Assembly (NCBI GenBank): GCA_965227295.1
Contig: OZ245742.1
Location: forward strand, 5,216,001 to 5,280,000
DNA length: 64,000 nucleotides
Source of the DNA: Leptonemataceae bacterium
GTDB lineage: Bacteria > Spirochaetota > Leptospiria > Leptospirales > Leptonemataceae
Direction: 5' to 3'
Shown here: positions 39,045 through 49,398 of the stretch, in pieces
Layout: the number at the start of each line of letters is the position of its first letter
How positions within the stretch are numbered: the stretch's first letter is position 1
Program-made: the position numbers and the translations under genes
The notes under the pieces: model-generated
Seen by the model: only the letters and a program-made list of their open reading frames with translations
What the model was told of the DNA's origin: nothing
Database searches by the model: none

Positions 39045-40672
39045 TGTTTTCGTCGCGACGTTTTGCACTGACCGTCGGACTGGGCCTGCTCGCCGCCGCG
39101 CTCTGGGCCGAAAGCGACGGCGCCTCCAAATGGGAGGCCATCAAACGCACGAGCGATCTCATCGAACAAAAGCAGTTCGATGCCGCGCTCAATAACGCCC
39201 GGGAGGCAAACCGCAAGTTTCCCGACGACGCCGACGTGCAACAGAGCCTGGCCTTCGCGAACATCAAACGCGGCGAAGTCGAAGCCCAGGCGAAGCGTTA
39301 CGACGCCGCGTTGCCGTACTACAAGAGCGCCTACGATCTCAAGCCGGGCACCGACTGGATCCTCTTCAACTACGCCATCGCGCTCAGCAACGCGCAGCAG
39401 TACGAACAGGCCGTCACGATCTACGCAAAGGGTGTCGCCGAACACCCCGACCACGAATCCATGCGGCGCAACTACGTATGGACGTTATTCTATCGCGCAC
39501 AGGAAGTACGCGGGGAAGATCCTGAGCGTCACGCCGAACTGGCGGCCCGGGCCTACACCATCGATCCGCAGCATCGCGGCGCCTTACAGATCTACGGCGA
39601 AAGCCTGCTCGATCAGGGCGACGAAGCATCGTTGCGCAAGGCCCTTGAAGTCTTAGGTTCCGGCTATCGTAAGTTTCCGGAATCCCGGGCGTTCTGCCGG
39701 CCGCTGTCCCTGGCGTACCGGGACCTGGTGGAGCGTTTGCATCTCAAGGGCGATTCGATCGGCGCGCAAAAGATCGCCGCCGGCATTGCGAACGAAATCC
39801 GCGGCGAACCGCGCTGCGATCGTTCGCTGTTGATCGCCCTGGGCACAACGCACGCCATGATCGGCGCCTTCGAGACAGTCATTCCCGAACTGGAACGCCT
39901 GGCGGCGAAGCATCCGCAGCACTCCATCTACGCCGAAGAGGCGGGCTCGCACATGCATCGCTACGCCGTGCGCCTGCGCACCACCGGACAGGCGGAGCGC
40001 GCGAAACAAATGCGCGCGAAGGCGAATGTACACTTGCGCAAGGCCATGGACGTCTACGAACGCAATCATCCAGATCGCCCGGTGCTCAAGTCCGCGGTGC
40101 GTTTCCCGCTCGACGATCCCACGCTGGTGATCGCTTCGTTCGATACCGGCGGCACCCACAGCGGCTACGGCAAGTACTGTTACGACTTCGTGGGCGTGGA
40201 TGAGCGCGGCTCGCAGATTCGTCCGAACAGCGACGGCAAACGGAACGCACACTACTACGGCTTCGGCGCGGCGGTGCGGGCGGTGCGCGACGGCGTCGTC
40301 GACGTGAGCGACGACGGCGATCCGGACCCGGCCCCCGGCAGCGTTCAGTACGAAACGGACGGCAACTATGTTCGCGTGGACCACGGCGACGGCAGCTACG
40401 GCTGGTATGTCCACCTTAAGAACGGCAGCGTGAAAGTTAAGCAAGGCCAGCGCGTGCGGGCCGGAGACAAACTCGGCGAGTTGGGCAACTCCGGCATGAG
40501 CGTGAGCCCGCATTTACATTTCTGCATCGTAACAGACGACTACGTGTCGTTGCGCTTCGGTTTCGAGGAACTTCGCGTGCAGAAAGAGATCGGCGCGCCG
40601 GTGGAAACTTCGACGGAGCCGCCGGTGCAGGGCTGGATCATCGCACGCGAATCCGCACCGGGACCGCGGTAG
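39044..40672 (+). CDS. Secreted TPR + M23 peptidase
   Basis: Signal peptide and TPR repeats, then H..(x7)D, GNYVRVDH, YVHL and GNSG.S.SPHLHF. Confidence 0.88.
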   Translation: MFSSRRFALTVGLGLLAAALWAESDGASKWEAIKRTSDLIEQKQFDAALNNAREANRKFPDDADVQQSLAFANIKRGEVEAQAKRYDAALPYYKSAYDLKPGTDWILFNYAIALSNAQQYEQAVTIYAKGVAEHPDHESMRRNYVWTLFYRAQEVRGEDPERHAELAARAYTIDPQHRGALQIYGESLLDQGDEASLRKALEVLGSGYRKFPESRAFCRPLSLAYRDLVERLHLKGDSIGAQKIAAGIANEIRGEPRCDRSLLIALGTTHAMIGAFETVIPELERLAAKHPQHSIYAEEAGSHMHRYAVRLRTTGQAERAKQMRAKANVHLRKAMDVYERNHPDRPVLKSAVRFPLDDPTLVIASFDTGGTHSGYGKYCYDFVGVDERGSQIRPNSDGKRNAHYYGFGAAVRAVRDGVVDVSDDGDPDPAPGSVQYETDGNYVRVDHGDGSYGWYVHLKNGSVKVKQGQRVRAGDKLGELGNSGMSVSPHLHFCIVTDDYVSLRFGFEELRVQKEIGAPVETSTEPPVQGWIIARESAPGPR

Positions 40673-40679
40673 CAATGCT

Positions 40680-41135
40680 TCAGTCCAGCGGCAGAGCCGT
40701 GCGAATGAGGCGTTCATAGCGCGCCGTGTTCCGGCCGAGACCTTTCAAATGATAAAAGTCCTGTAGAATCTGCCCCTGTTGTTCGTAGTGAAAATCGAGC
40801 AACTGCTCGTGTTCGTCCAGGCTGTACTCGTAGACCCGACCCCATCGGTACACGTGTTCGGCGCCGGCTTTGAGGAAGTGGTAGGCCTTCAGGTTCTGAA
40901 ACTGCCAGACGTGCATGATCTCGTGGACCAGCACGGCGGCGATTCTTACCGGGGCCGCCGCGAAGTCCTCACAGTACAGCCGCGGATTCCAGTAGACGGT
41001 GTCCTGTAACGTAACCGCGCCGGCGAGTGCGGCGATCAACGCGCTGCGCCTCATGCCGACGATTTCGTAGCGTACCTGATCCCCGTAGATGGGCCGCAGT
41101 AACTGTATTTCGCCGGTAGTTAGTGGTCGTTTCAT
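40680..41135 (-). CDS. Small HExxH zincin-like protein (DUF4157-like)
   Basis: RPLTTGE, LVHEIMHVWQ and EQQG. Confidence 0.75.
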   Translation of the reverse strand: MKRPLTTGEIQLLRPIYGDQVRYEIVGMRRSALIAALAGAVTLQDTVYWNPRLYCEDFAAAPVRIAAVLVHEIMHVWQFQNLKAYHFLKAGAEHVYRWGRVYEYSLDEHEQLLDFHYEQQGQILQDFYHLKGLGRNTARYERLIRTALPLD

Positions 41136-41710
41136 TGCACTTCGCGCAGTGCCCAGAATTCCTGCGGTTCCCCGGAGTCCGCCAGCAAACCGGGCACGGT
41201 CCCGTCACGCCCCGTGCAGTATGCCATGGTATACGTCACGGTTTTATCGATGTCCTTCGGCAGGCTGCGCGTACCACTGCAGTCCGTTGTGGTACCGTCA
41301 TCCAGGGCCATGGCGGGTTCCAGGAGGGACTCCTCGCGTACGAACTCTCGCAGGTCGAGGCGGACCCGCAGGCCGTCCACGACGAAGCTGCCGCTCTCGG
41401 TCTCCGTAAACTCCACGGCGCAGAGCCCGTCATCACCGCCGCCGCCGTGATCGAGAGACGTGAAAATCCGCCGCACCTCAGCGTCCCCAAACGTCACCAC
41501 GTGCTCATACTCAGAGTAAGTGATTCCGGTGCAACCCGCTCCGACCGAAAAGAGTCGATTCGTAAGATGAAACGGTTCACGTGCCGGAATGATTTCACCG
41601 TCCAGGTCATGAGCGGAATCCGGCCGATCTTCGACATCACGATTGTGACCCTCAACGCAGGCCGAAAGAACGTGAGTGAGTGCGATGATTGCGAACAGAA
41701 TTCGATGCAT
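41132..41710 (-). CDS. Hypothetical lipoprotein
   Basis: Lipobox LSAC. Overlaps the next gene by ATGA. Confidence 0.65.
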   Translation of the reverse strand: MHRILFAIIALTHVLSACVEGHNRDVEDRPDSAHDLDGEIIPAREPFHLTNRLFSVGAGCTGITYSEYEHVVTFGDAEVRRIFTSLDHGGGGDDGLCAVEFTETESGSFVVDGLRVRLDLREFVREESLLEPAMALDDGTTTDCSGTRSLPKDIDKTVTYTMAYCTGRDGTVPGLLADSGEPQEFWALREVQ

Positions 41711-41836
41711 GCCGCAGCATACAGGTTACGCCGGACAATCGTCCAGCACTTCCACACAGCAGGATCATTCAAAATCGCACACGCTCATCATACAATTCCC
41801 CCTTGCCTCTCACCGCGCCCGCGCTGAAATCGACGC

Positions 41837-42865
41837 ATGCAGGCAGCCGTACTTCACCAGGGACAGGACCATCTTCGCATCGAAGAAACACCGACGCCGG
41901 AGCCGGGTCCCGGCGATGTTCGCGTGCGCGTGAAGTGCTGCGGCGTCTGCGGCAGCGACGTGCATGCGACCATCGGCCGCGGCCTGAAAGTGAGCGCGTA
42001 TCCGCGCATCATGGGCCACGAGTCCGCCGGCATCGTGGACGCGACCGGCCCGGGCGTGGATCGTTTCAAAGGCGGCGAGCGCGTGGTCATCGGCGCGGGA
42101 ACGTCCTGCGGCGAATGCGCGCACTGCCTGGCCGGCCGGGAAAACGCGTGTCCCCAGGTCGGCGTGCTCGGCTTTGATCGCGACGGCGCCTTCGCCGAGT
42201 ACGTCGTAGTGCCGGAACGGTACCTGCATACGTTGCCGGACGAGATTCCCTTCGAACAGGGGGCGATCCTGGCCGACGCGGTGTCCACACCTTATCAGGC
42301 CGTCAAGGTCGCGGGGAAGATGCAACCCGGCGAAAACGTCGCCGTCATCGGCTGCGGCGGCCTGGGCATTCACGGCGTCGCCATTGCCCGCGCCCTGGGG
42401 GCCGCTAAGGTCATCGCAGTAGATGTTGACGAAGGCGCCTTAAGCCACGCCGGCGAGTACGGCGCGGACGAACTGGTGAACGCGCGTAAGATCAAAAACG
42501 TCGGCAAGACTTTGAAAGAGTTCGGCGGCATGGACGTGGTCCTGGACTTCTCCGGTCACACGCGAAACATCAGCGACTCGGTGCGCGCCATGAATACCAT
42601 GGGCCGCCTCGTAATGGTGGGCATCGGCCGCGATAAGCTGGAGTTCGGCATCCCCGCGATCATGATCTTCAAACAACTCTGCGTCTGCGGTTCGTACGGC
42701 TGCGATCATCGCGCCGTGCCGGAACTCATTGAGCTCATGCAGAGCGGCAAACTGAACTTAGAGAAAAGCGTTACGTCCATGCACCCCCTCGGCGAGGTCA
42801 ACCAGTGTCTGGAAGATCTGCATCACCGTAGAGGCAACCCCATTCGTTTCGTAGTTCAGCCCTGA
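41837..42865 (+). CDS. Zn-dependent alcohol dehydrogenase (MDR)
   Basis: GVCGSD, GHE, CGECAHC..C and GCGGLG. Confidence 0.93.
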   Translation: MQAAVLHQGQDHLRIEETPTPEPGPGDVRVRVKCCGVCGSDVHATIGRGLKVSAYPRIMGHESAGIVDATGPGVDRFKGGERVVIGAGTSCGECAHCLAGRENACPQVGVLGFDRDGAFAEYVVVPERYLHTLPDEIPFEQGAILADAVSTPYQAVKVAGKMQPGENVAVIGCGGLGIHGVAIARALGAAKVIAVDVDEGALSHAGEYGADELVNARKIKNVGKTLKEFGGMDVVLDFSGHTRNISDSVRAMNTMGRLVMVGIGRDKLEFGIPAIMIFKQLCVCGSYGCDHRAVPELIELMQSGKLNLEKSVTSMHPLGEVNQCLEDLHHRRGNPIRFVVQP

Positions 42866-43500
42866 GCTCGCCGTAACGCGAAGAAGAACGGCTCGTCCAT
42901 GCCCTTGAAATCCATGAGGCCGAGCACGGTGTTCGCGTCCACTTTGCGAAAGACGTCGTGGATGGGCAGCGCGTCGTAACACATGGTGGCCGACGATTTA
43001 CCGCGGTGTTCGGTCATGCGCAGGCGCGCGGTGGTTTTCTTCGTGCTGAGAACAATCTTACCCAGACGAAAGAGATGTTTCATGAACGGCTTCTTGAGCC
43101 AGGGCTGACTGAGGGCCAGGCCCATGGGCATGAGCGCCGGATTCACGCGGAAGATGCGCCCGCCCCCGTCTTTGAAGAGCAGCGGATGCACGTGGTCCGA
43201 ATCAAGAAATGCCTTGCCGTACCAATCATAGGTTTCCAGCAATCCGTCCATGGCGTGATCCGTATGCACGCCGGAGCCCTGCCACTCACCGATCATGAAA
43301 TCCAGTTCCACGGCGGGCAGCGTGTCGAAGAGTTCCAGACATTCCGCCTGCGTACTGCGACCGGCTTCGATGGCGGCCAGGGCGCGTGTAGCGGCATTCG
43401 GACGCTTCGCGGCGGTTTTCTTTGGAGATGCGGCAGGCTTCGCGCTTTTGCGCACGGGCTTGCGAGATGATTTGACGACGGACTTTGCGGCGGTGCTCAT
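42856..43500 (-). CDS. DUF4334 / GXWXG protein
   Basis: GEWQG, HAMDG.L..WYGK.F, VHPL and YDALPIHDVFRKVD, with a Lys/Ala-rich N-terminal tail. Confidence 0.85.
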   Translation of the reverse strand: MSTAAKSVVKSSRKPVRKSAKPAASPKKTAAKRPNAATRALAAIEAGRSTQAECLELFDTLPAVELDFMIGEWQGSGVHTDHAMDGLLETYDWYGKAFLDSDHVHPLLFKDGGGRIFRVNPALMPMGLALSQPWLKKPFMKHLFRLGKIVLSTKKTTARLRMTEHRGKSSATMCYDALPIHDVFRKVDANTVLGLMDFKGMDEPFFFALRRAQG

Positions 43501-43598
43501 GAACAAAGCAGCGCCGCACAATGCAGCGACGCAAGCGGAATTTTTGCGGCAACGCGGGGTGCCGGTTCGTTGAAAACGCGCCGGCACTCCCGTCGTTT

Positions 43599-46550
43599 TC
43601 AGGGCCGCGGAAATACAAAGATGCGATTGCGCAGCGCTCCGGAAACGCCCGGCATCAAATTCTGGGTCGTCGATTCAAAGACAACGTAGCGCCCGTCCGC
43701 ACTTAAGGCAGGCCGTCCGAAGGCTCCGTTGTTCGCCTGACTGCCGTCGGGAGAGACGGAGACTCGCCGCGTCGAACCGCTCTGCCGATCATGCACGAAG
43801 ATTTCCCGAATGCCGTTCGTGTCCCCGCCAACGAGATTCGAAGCGTCGGAGAGAAACGTTACATAGCGGCCGTCGGCGCTGATGCGCGGTTGACTGGAAA
43901 AGCTGTTGCCCTGCGTACCGTCCGATGCCGTCGACACCCGCGTCGTCTGCCCGGTCTGTAGATCGTGCACAAAGGCGTCCGGACGAGAGTTGGTGTCCGA
44001 CGTAACCAGGTTGGACGCAAACGAGTTGAAGGTCACAAAGCGACCATCGTCGGAGATGTCCGGATCGAAGGAGCGATCGTTGCCCTGCGTGCCGTTGCTC
44101 GCCACGGACAACCGCGTCGTCGTTCCGGTCTGGCGATCGTGTACGAAAACGTCCTGTTCGCCGTTGGTGTCGCCGGCCGCCAGATTCCAGGCAGCCGAAA
44201 AAAATACAACGTAGCGCCCGTCCGCGGAAATGCGTGGTTGAAACGATACGTGGTTCGCCTGCGAACCGTCGCTCGCTACGGAGACGCGGTCTGTCTGTCC
44301 GCTCTGGCGGTCGTGTACAAACACATCCTGCCGATTGTTTGAATCGCCCGGTACCAGGTTCGTTGCCAGTGAATCGAAAGCGACGTAGCGTCCGTTCGCA
44401 CTGATGGCGGGCCGGTACGAATGCCCGTTCGCCTGGCTGCCGTCCGACGCCAGAGAGACCCGCACCGTCGTCGCCGAATTCCGATCGTGTACGAAGACGT
44501 CGTGCCGGCCATTCGTATCGTCTCCGACAAGGTTATCGGCGTTCGCATAGAAGGTTACGAATCTTCCGTCAGCGCTTATGTCCGGACGATTCGACCAGGA
44601 GTTCGCTTCGCTGCCGTCGAACGCCCGTGACACCCGGCTGGTGTCGCCACTCTGACGATCATGGACGAAGATATCGAACGTGGCGTTGGTATCACCGACA
44701 ACGAGATTCGGAGCGGAAGAATCGAATACCACATACCGACCGTCAGCACTCAATGCCGGCCAGCCGCCGTACCCGTCGGCGCTGCCGTTCGCCGCCACCG
44801 AGGCATACGTGTAGATACCGTCCGGATACCCCACGGACGCGCACGCCGGATCGCCGTCAATCGAAGGATGATTGTATGCCGTCAGAACAAACGTCCCCGT
44901 GGCCGCTAACGGCACCGTCACGGTTTCCGCCGATTCATCCACGACGCTACCCGGCACTTGCGCGTAACTGTTACTCGTCGCATCATAAGCAAACACCGTA
45001 AAGTCTTCCGAGAAACCGGCGTCGCTTAACTTATCGCCGTCATACGCAATGCGCAACGAACCCGGCGCTGCAAACACGGGCGTGCCGCTCAGGGCTTCCA
45101 CCGAATGCAATGCGCCGACCGGAATGTAGCACGATTCGATGCGTACGGGAACCGGCCGCATCGACGTTTCCACTATGAAGTCCGCGGGATCGTGAGGCGC
45201 GGGCGGCAGGAATTCGGGTGTCCCGGAATAATGCGTCTGTACGTTTTCGAAAACAAGATTGAGATCCGGAAAGTTGTACCAGTTTTCGTGCAACTCGCCG
45301 CCGGAACTGTACCAGTCCGTAAAAAATTCGTAGGCCGCGAAGATATCCCGACGTTCGTACATCCAGCGCCAGTCCACGGGAACGAGCAACGCCCAGGGAA
45401 AACCGTCGTCGTCGCGATAGAGATCGTGGCCGTCGTCGTCAAAAAACTTGCCGGCGAAGTGGACCGCGCGACCGGTATTTGCCACGTAGAGATGCAGATC
45501 GTACGGGGCCGGGCCGAGCTCGCTCTGCGACACCGGCGTATCGGGTACGATTTCGAGTTCGAAGAGATCCCCGGCCGCGAACGCCTGCCCGGGCTGAGCG
45601 TTGGCCTGCGGAATCGTGCGATCGCTACGCTCCGTAATTACGACATTCTCGAACGGTGCTGCCCGGCCCGGACTCGTCGAATGCAGCGACCCGTCCGGGC
45701 GAAAACGCCGCACCTCGTAGTCGGCCGCGGCCAGGGACAGGGTGATGCGCAGGAAATGATTGTATCCGGCAGCTTTTGCGACATGCCGATACGAACCGAC
45801 GATGCGGGCGACCTCTCCGGCCGCGTTCAGATGTTCTTCCTGACGGGCCTGGATCACATAATCGTTAAAGTCCGCGTCGCCCGGCGCGGGATACAAATCT
45901 TCGAACGCCACAGTGTAACGCCCGCGAGTGGGAAAGTGCACGCGCGTGGCGTAAGCGGCGTCACCAGGAAAGTCGTCGATTTCGTCGGCGATGCCGTCGC
46001 CGTCCGTGTCGGCCGGAGCCGTGATTGCCGACCCGTTGCGACTTGCGGTTTCGTCGAGATGAATGCTGCGATCCAGCATCAGGAGGTCTTCGAGCGGCAC
46101 ACGCTCCGCATAGACCCGTCCGCCGGTGGCAAATTCCAACTGCGCCGCGTTGGTGGTCGCCACCGTCACCAGATTACCACGTACGGTTCCGGCATCGTCC
46201 GTGAGCGCGCGAAACAAAACGCGCCCCGGACGGCCGTCGCGGAGTTCTCGCAGTTGCACCACACGGTCAACCGCAGGCCGATCGGCCACCCGCAACTGCA
46301 ATTTGAGATGTACCGCGCGCACGGTATCAAAGGCGAACGGCACATCGCCGCGCTGATCGTTGTTCGTGATGGTATAGTCCGCGGGACTCCCCGCGGGCAG
46401 CGGCAAGAATGGCTCCGTCGTGGCCGGACCGTTCGTAAGGTCCAGCAAATCGCGCAGACTCATGCGCATCGGCTCCGGGTACGCGGCGGAGTCACAGCCG
46501 ATCGCCGTTGCAAAGATACATACACTGATGAATAAGAATCGTTTTTTCAT
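43599..46550 (-). CDS. LruC-domain lipoprotein fused to a TolB/PD40-like beta-propeller
   Basis: Lipobox AIGC, DTDGDG Ca-binding motif, LruC motifs AFEDLYP..GDADFND and FPWALLVP..W, and about 6 repeats of ISADGRYV.F.S.A.NLV.GDTN. Confidence 0.85.
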   Translation of the reverse strand: MKKRFLFISVCIFATAIGCDSAAYPEPMRMSLRDLLDLTNGPATTEPFLPLPAGSPADYTITNNDQRGDVPFAFDTVRAVHLKLQLRVADRPAVDRVVQLRELRDGRPGRVLFRALTDDAGTVRGNLVTVATTNAAQLEFATGGRVYAERVPLEDLLMLDRSIHLDETASRNGSAITAPADTDGDGIADEIDDFPGDAAYATRVHFPTRGRYTVAFEDLYPAPGDADFNDYVIQARQEEHLNAAGEVARIVGSYRHVAKAAGYNHFLRITLSLAAADYEVRRFRPDGSLHSTSPGRAAPFENVVITERSDRTIPQANAQPGQAFAAGDLFELEIVPDTPVSQSELGPAPYDLHLYVANTGRAVHFAGKFFDDDGHDLYRDDDGFPWALLVPVDWRWMYERRDIFAAYEFFTDWYSSGGELHENWYNFPDLNLVFENVQTHYSGTPEFLPPAPHDPADFIVETSMRPVPVRIESCYIPVGALHSVEALSGTPVFAAPGSLRIAYDGDKLSDAGFSEDFTVFAYDATSNSYAQVPGSVVDESAETVTVPLAATGTFVLTAYNHPSIDGDPACASVGYPDGIYTYASVAANGSADGYGGWPALSADGRYVVFDSSAPNLVVGDTNATFDIFVHDRQSGDTSRVSRAFDGSEANSWSNRPDISADGRFVTFYANADNLVGDDTNGRHDVFVHDRNSATTVRVSLASDGSQANGHSYRPAISANGRYVAFDSLATNLVPGDSNNRQDVFVHDRQSGQTDRVSVASDGSQANHVSFQPRISADGRYVVFFSAAWNLAAGDTNGEQDVFVHDRQTGTTTRLSVASNGTQGNDRSFDPDISDDGRFVTFNSFASNLVTSDTNSRPDAFVHDLQTGQTTRVSTASDGTQGNSFSSQPRISADGRYVTFLSDASNLVGGDTNGIREIFVHDRQSGSTRRVSVSPDGSQANNGAFGRPALSADGRYVVFESTTQNLMPGVSGALRNRIFVFPRP

Positions 46551-46718
46551 GACACCCTCCGGTTATCGTTCGCGCGGCGCACGACACCGCGCACCGTCCA
46601 CACCAGGAGGCGATTGTCAAAATTTTTTTTCGGGCGAGCCTGCAAACCTCACATTTAAAGATGAGTTGCAGATAATTAGTGAGAAATTCTTAGCAGGTCG
46701 AAGCGGGGGAACGCCGCT

Positions 46719-47915
46719 TTACGGCAACGGCACGTTCAGAACGCCGCCCGGCGCAATCGGCAGCGTGGGGCCCGCGCTGATGGTGTTTGTGCCCGGATCG
46801 TAGAGCGACGTACTGTTCGTGGAGGCGCCGTGAATGATCCAGAGCTTGCCCGCGTTGGTTCCCGAAGTGATCGAAAACGTTTGCGCACCGCTGCCGGCCA
46901 GGGCGCTGAGGCTCGGACCGCCGCCGTAGGTACCGCCGGTTTGATCGTAGATGCGGGTCAAAGTCGAAGAGCCGCCGCAGACGGTCAGAAAGTCTCCGTC
47001 GTTTACGCCGCCGGATATCTTCGTACTGTGACAGCCGTTGCTGCAGTTGCAGCCGAGAGCGGGCCCGGCCCCGAAGGTGTTGCTGGCCGGATCGTAGAGG
47101 CGCGTGGTGGCCGTTGCGCCGCCGTCGGGAATGAGATACGAGCCGCTATCCAGCTTCATAGAATGCGAACCGGCAGCGATGGTACCGCCGATGGCCGGCC
47201 CCGCGGCAAAGGAATCGCCGGCGGGATCGTAGAGCTCACCGTTGGTATTGCCGCCGATGAAGATCATGCGTTTGCCGGCCTGGACTCCGCCCTCGATGAT
47301 GAAGCTGTGACTGCCCGCTGTACCCGAGCCGCCGTTGCTCGCCAGGGGAGAGGCCTCGTTGAGATCCGTGCTCGGATTGTAACGATCCGTACCGGCCCAG
47401 CCCTGTCCGAAGCGTAGATAGATCTTGTTCGTGTGGGTTCCGGAAGAGACGACCCAGGCGTTCGCGTTGTTCCCGTAGCCGACATCCAGGCCCGGACCGT
47501 TTGCGAAAGTTTGCGTCGAAGGATCAAAGAAATAACTGCTCGTACCGGAACCGGTCAACCAGTAGCTACCGTTGCGCGCACCTCCGCTGATCAGACTGGC
47601 GCTGCAGTTCGTGTTGAACGATCCCGTGGCCGTGGGGCCGGAGCTGATCGTCGTAAGGTCGGTGAGATCGACGAGGGCCGTGGCCGTACTGCCGCCGGCC
47701 TGGAAGATGACGTATCGTTGCGGCGTCGTGCTTGTCGTGGTGCCGTCCGAATCGCTGGATGTGAGAGTGACGGCCGCGGGAGCCAGCAGGAGCGCGAGCA
47801 ATACCTGGTTCTCTTCGCGTGTGTAGTCGGAGAACGTTCGATCCGCCTGAATACAGGCCATCCCGGGGCACACCAACACAATGCAGAACAGGCCCTGTAG
47901 CAAGCGAATTCGCAT
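46719..47915 (-). CDS. Secreted Kelch-like repeat protein
   Basis: Repeated GG...T.LYDP..NTF..GP units; Gly/Ser/Thr-rich. Confidence 0.8.
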   Translation of the reverse strand: MRIRLLQGLFCIVLVCPGMACIQADRTFSDYTREENQVLLALLLAPAAVTLTSSDSDGTTTSTTPQRYVIFQAGGSTATALVDLTDLTTISSGPTATGSFNTNCSASLISGGARNGSYWLTGSGTSSYFFDPSTQTFANGPGLDVGYGNNANAWVVSSGTHTNKIYLRFGQGWAGTDRYNPSTDLNEASPLASNGGSGTAGSHSFIIEGGVQAGKRMIFIGGNTNGELYDPAGDSFAAGPAIGGTIAAGSHSMKLDSGSYLIPDGGATATTRLYDPASNTFGAGPALGCNCSNGCHSTKISGGVNDGDFLTVCGGSSTLTRIYDQTGGTYGGGPSLSALAGSGAQTFSITSGTNAGKLWIIHGASTNSTSLYDPGTNTISAGPTLPIAPGGVLNVPLP

Positions 47916-48017
47916 ATTGCAGAGTATCGGCAGATTTACGGAACGTCAACGTAAATCGCATGCCGCTGCCCGTGCGAATTTATACGAGGAGTCTACTAAT
48001 TTCGCATGAACCACGGA

Positions 48018-49398
48018 AGCTGAGTCACAAATCAGCGTCCGGGTCGAACGCAGCATTCTTAACAAAACGAAAATCCACAACTCCTGCGAGCCGTAGCCAA
48101 AAAGGCCCTTCACCATTGCATAACTTACCTTCTGTGTCTCACGGCAAACGCCGCGAGCTACAGCTCTTGAACTACCGGAAACTTTTCAAACGTTCGAACA
48201 CGCCCCCGAATCGTCGTGTAAGTAGCGGCCAATGTAAATTAAGCCTTTTATGGTCACGGCTGGTTCCAGCAGATGAACGGAGGTTATGCCGGGGAATGTG
48301 GTAAGGCGCACCGGAACGGCGTCTTCTTCGTAAGAAACGCTGCGATATCCGAACCGCACAACCAGCGTCCGGGTCGAGGCGGACAATCTTAACAAAACGA
48401 ATCACCACAACTCCCGCTCAGCTGTAGCCAAATCAAACCCTTAACCATTGCGCAACTTACTTTCTGTGTCTCACGGCAAACGCCGCGAGCTACAGCTCTT
48501 GAACTACCGGAAACTTTTCAAACGTTCGAACACGCCCCCGAATCGTGGTGTAAGTAGCGGCCAATGTAAATTAAGCCTTTTATGGTCACGGCTGGTTCCA
48601 GCAGATGAACGGAGGTTATGCCGGGGAATGTGGTAAGGCGCACCGGAACGGCGTCTTCTTCGTAAGAAACGCTGCGATATCCGAACCGCACAACCGACGT
48701 CCGGGTCGAGGCGGACAATCTTAACAAAACGAATCACCACAACTCCCGCTCAGCTGCAGCCAAATCAAACCCTTAACCATTGCGCAACTTACTTTCTGTG
48801 TCTTACGGCAAACGCCGCGAACCAAAGCTCCTGGACTACCGGGAGCTTTTTAGCATTCGAACACGCCCCGAATCGTGGTGTAAGTGGCGGCCAACGTAAA
48901 TTAAGCCTTTCATGGGCACGGCTGGTTCCAGCTGACGCGCGGAGTTTATGCCGGGGAATGTGGTAAGGCGCACCGGAACGGCGTCTTCTTCGTAAGAAAC
49001 GCTGCGATATCCGAACCGCACAACCGACGTCCGGGTCGAGGCGGACAATCTTAACAAAACGAATCACCACAACTCCCGCTCAGCTGTAGCCAAAAAATCC
49101 CCTTCACTATACTGCAACTTACTCCATGTTTCTCACGACGGCGGTAGCGAACTACAGCTCTTGAACTACCAGAAATGTATCGGTTGTTCGCGGACGCCCC
49201 GGATCGTGGAGTAAGTGGCGGCGAGTGTACATTAGCCTTCTTTGGGCACGGCTGGTTCCAGCTGACGAACGGAGGTCATGCCGGGGAATGTGGTACGGCG
49301 CACCGGAACGGCGTCTTCGCCGTAAAGATCCATTCAGCGAATCCGCGCCACGGAGCCCCGCTCTATTCGCGCGGCGGAATGGTGGCGTGTTCGCGACC
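48018..49398 (-). repeat. Tandem array 2 of the ~330-bp unit (4 units) plus terminal cap
   Basis: CGTCCGGGTCGA recurs at about 48036, 48366, 48698 and 49028. The cap 49321-49398 matches 6878-6954. Confidence 0.95.

Noticed and set aside
43620..44790. DNA tandem repeats in the LruC-fusion gene
   Set aside because: Explained by the in-frame PD40 propeller protein repeats.
48172..49070. Repeated 60-93 aa ORFs inside the 330-bp units (also 5789-6822)
   Set aside because: Periods are not consistently multiples of 3, frames differ between the arrays, and the solitary copy has indels. A few apparently synonymous changes were seen, so a decayed coding origin is not fully excluded.
48018..49398. HEARO/omega-RNA or group II intron identity for the unit
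   Set aside because: The size is similar, but I could not match diagnostic motifs by eye and there is no IscB/TnpB/RT gene nearby. An Rfam search is needed.
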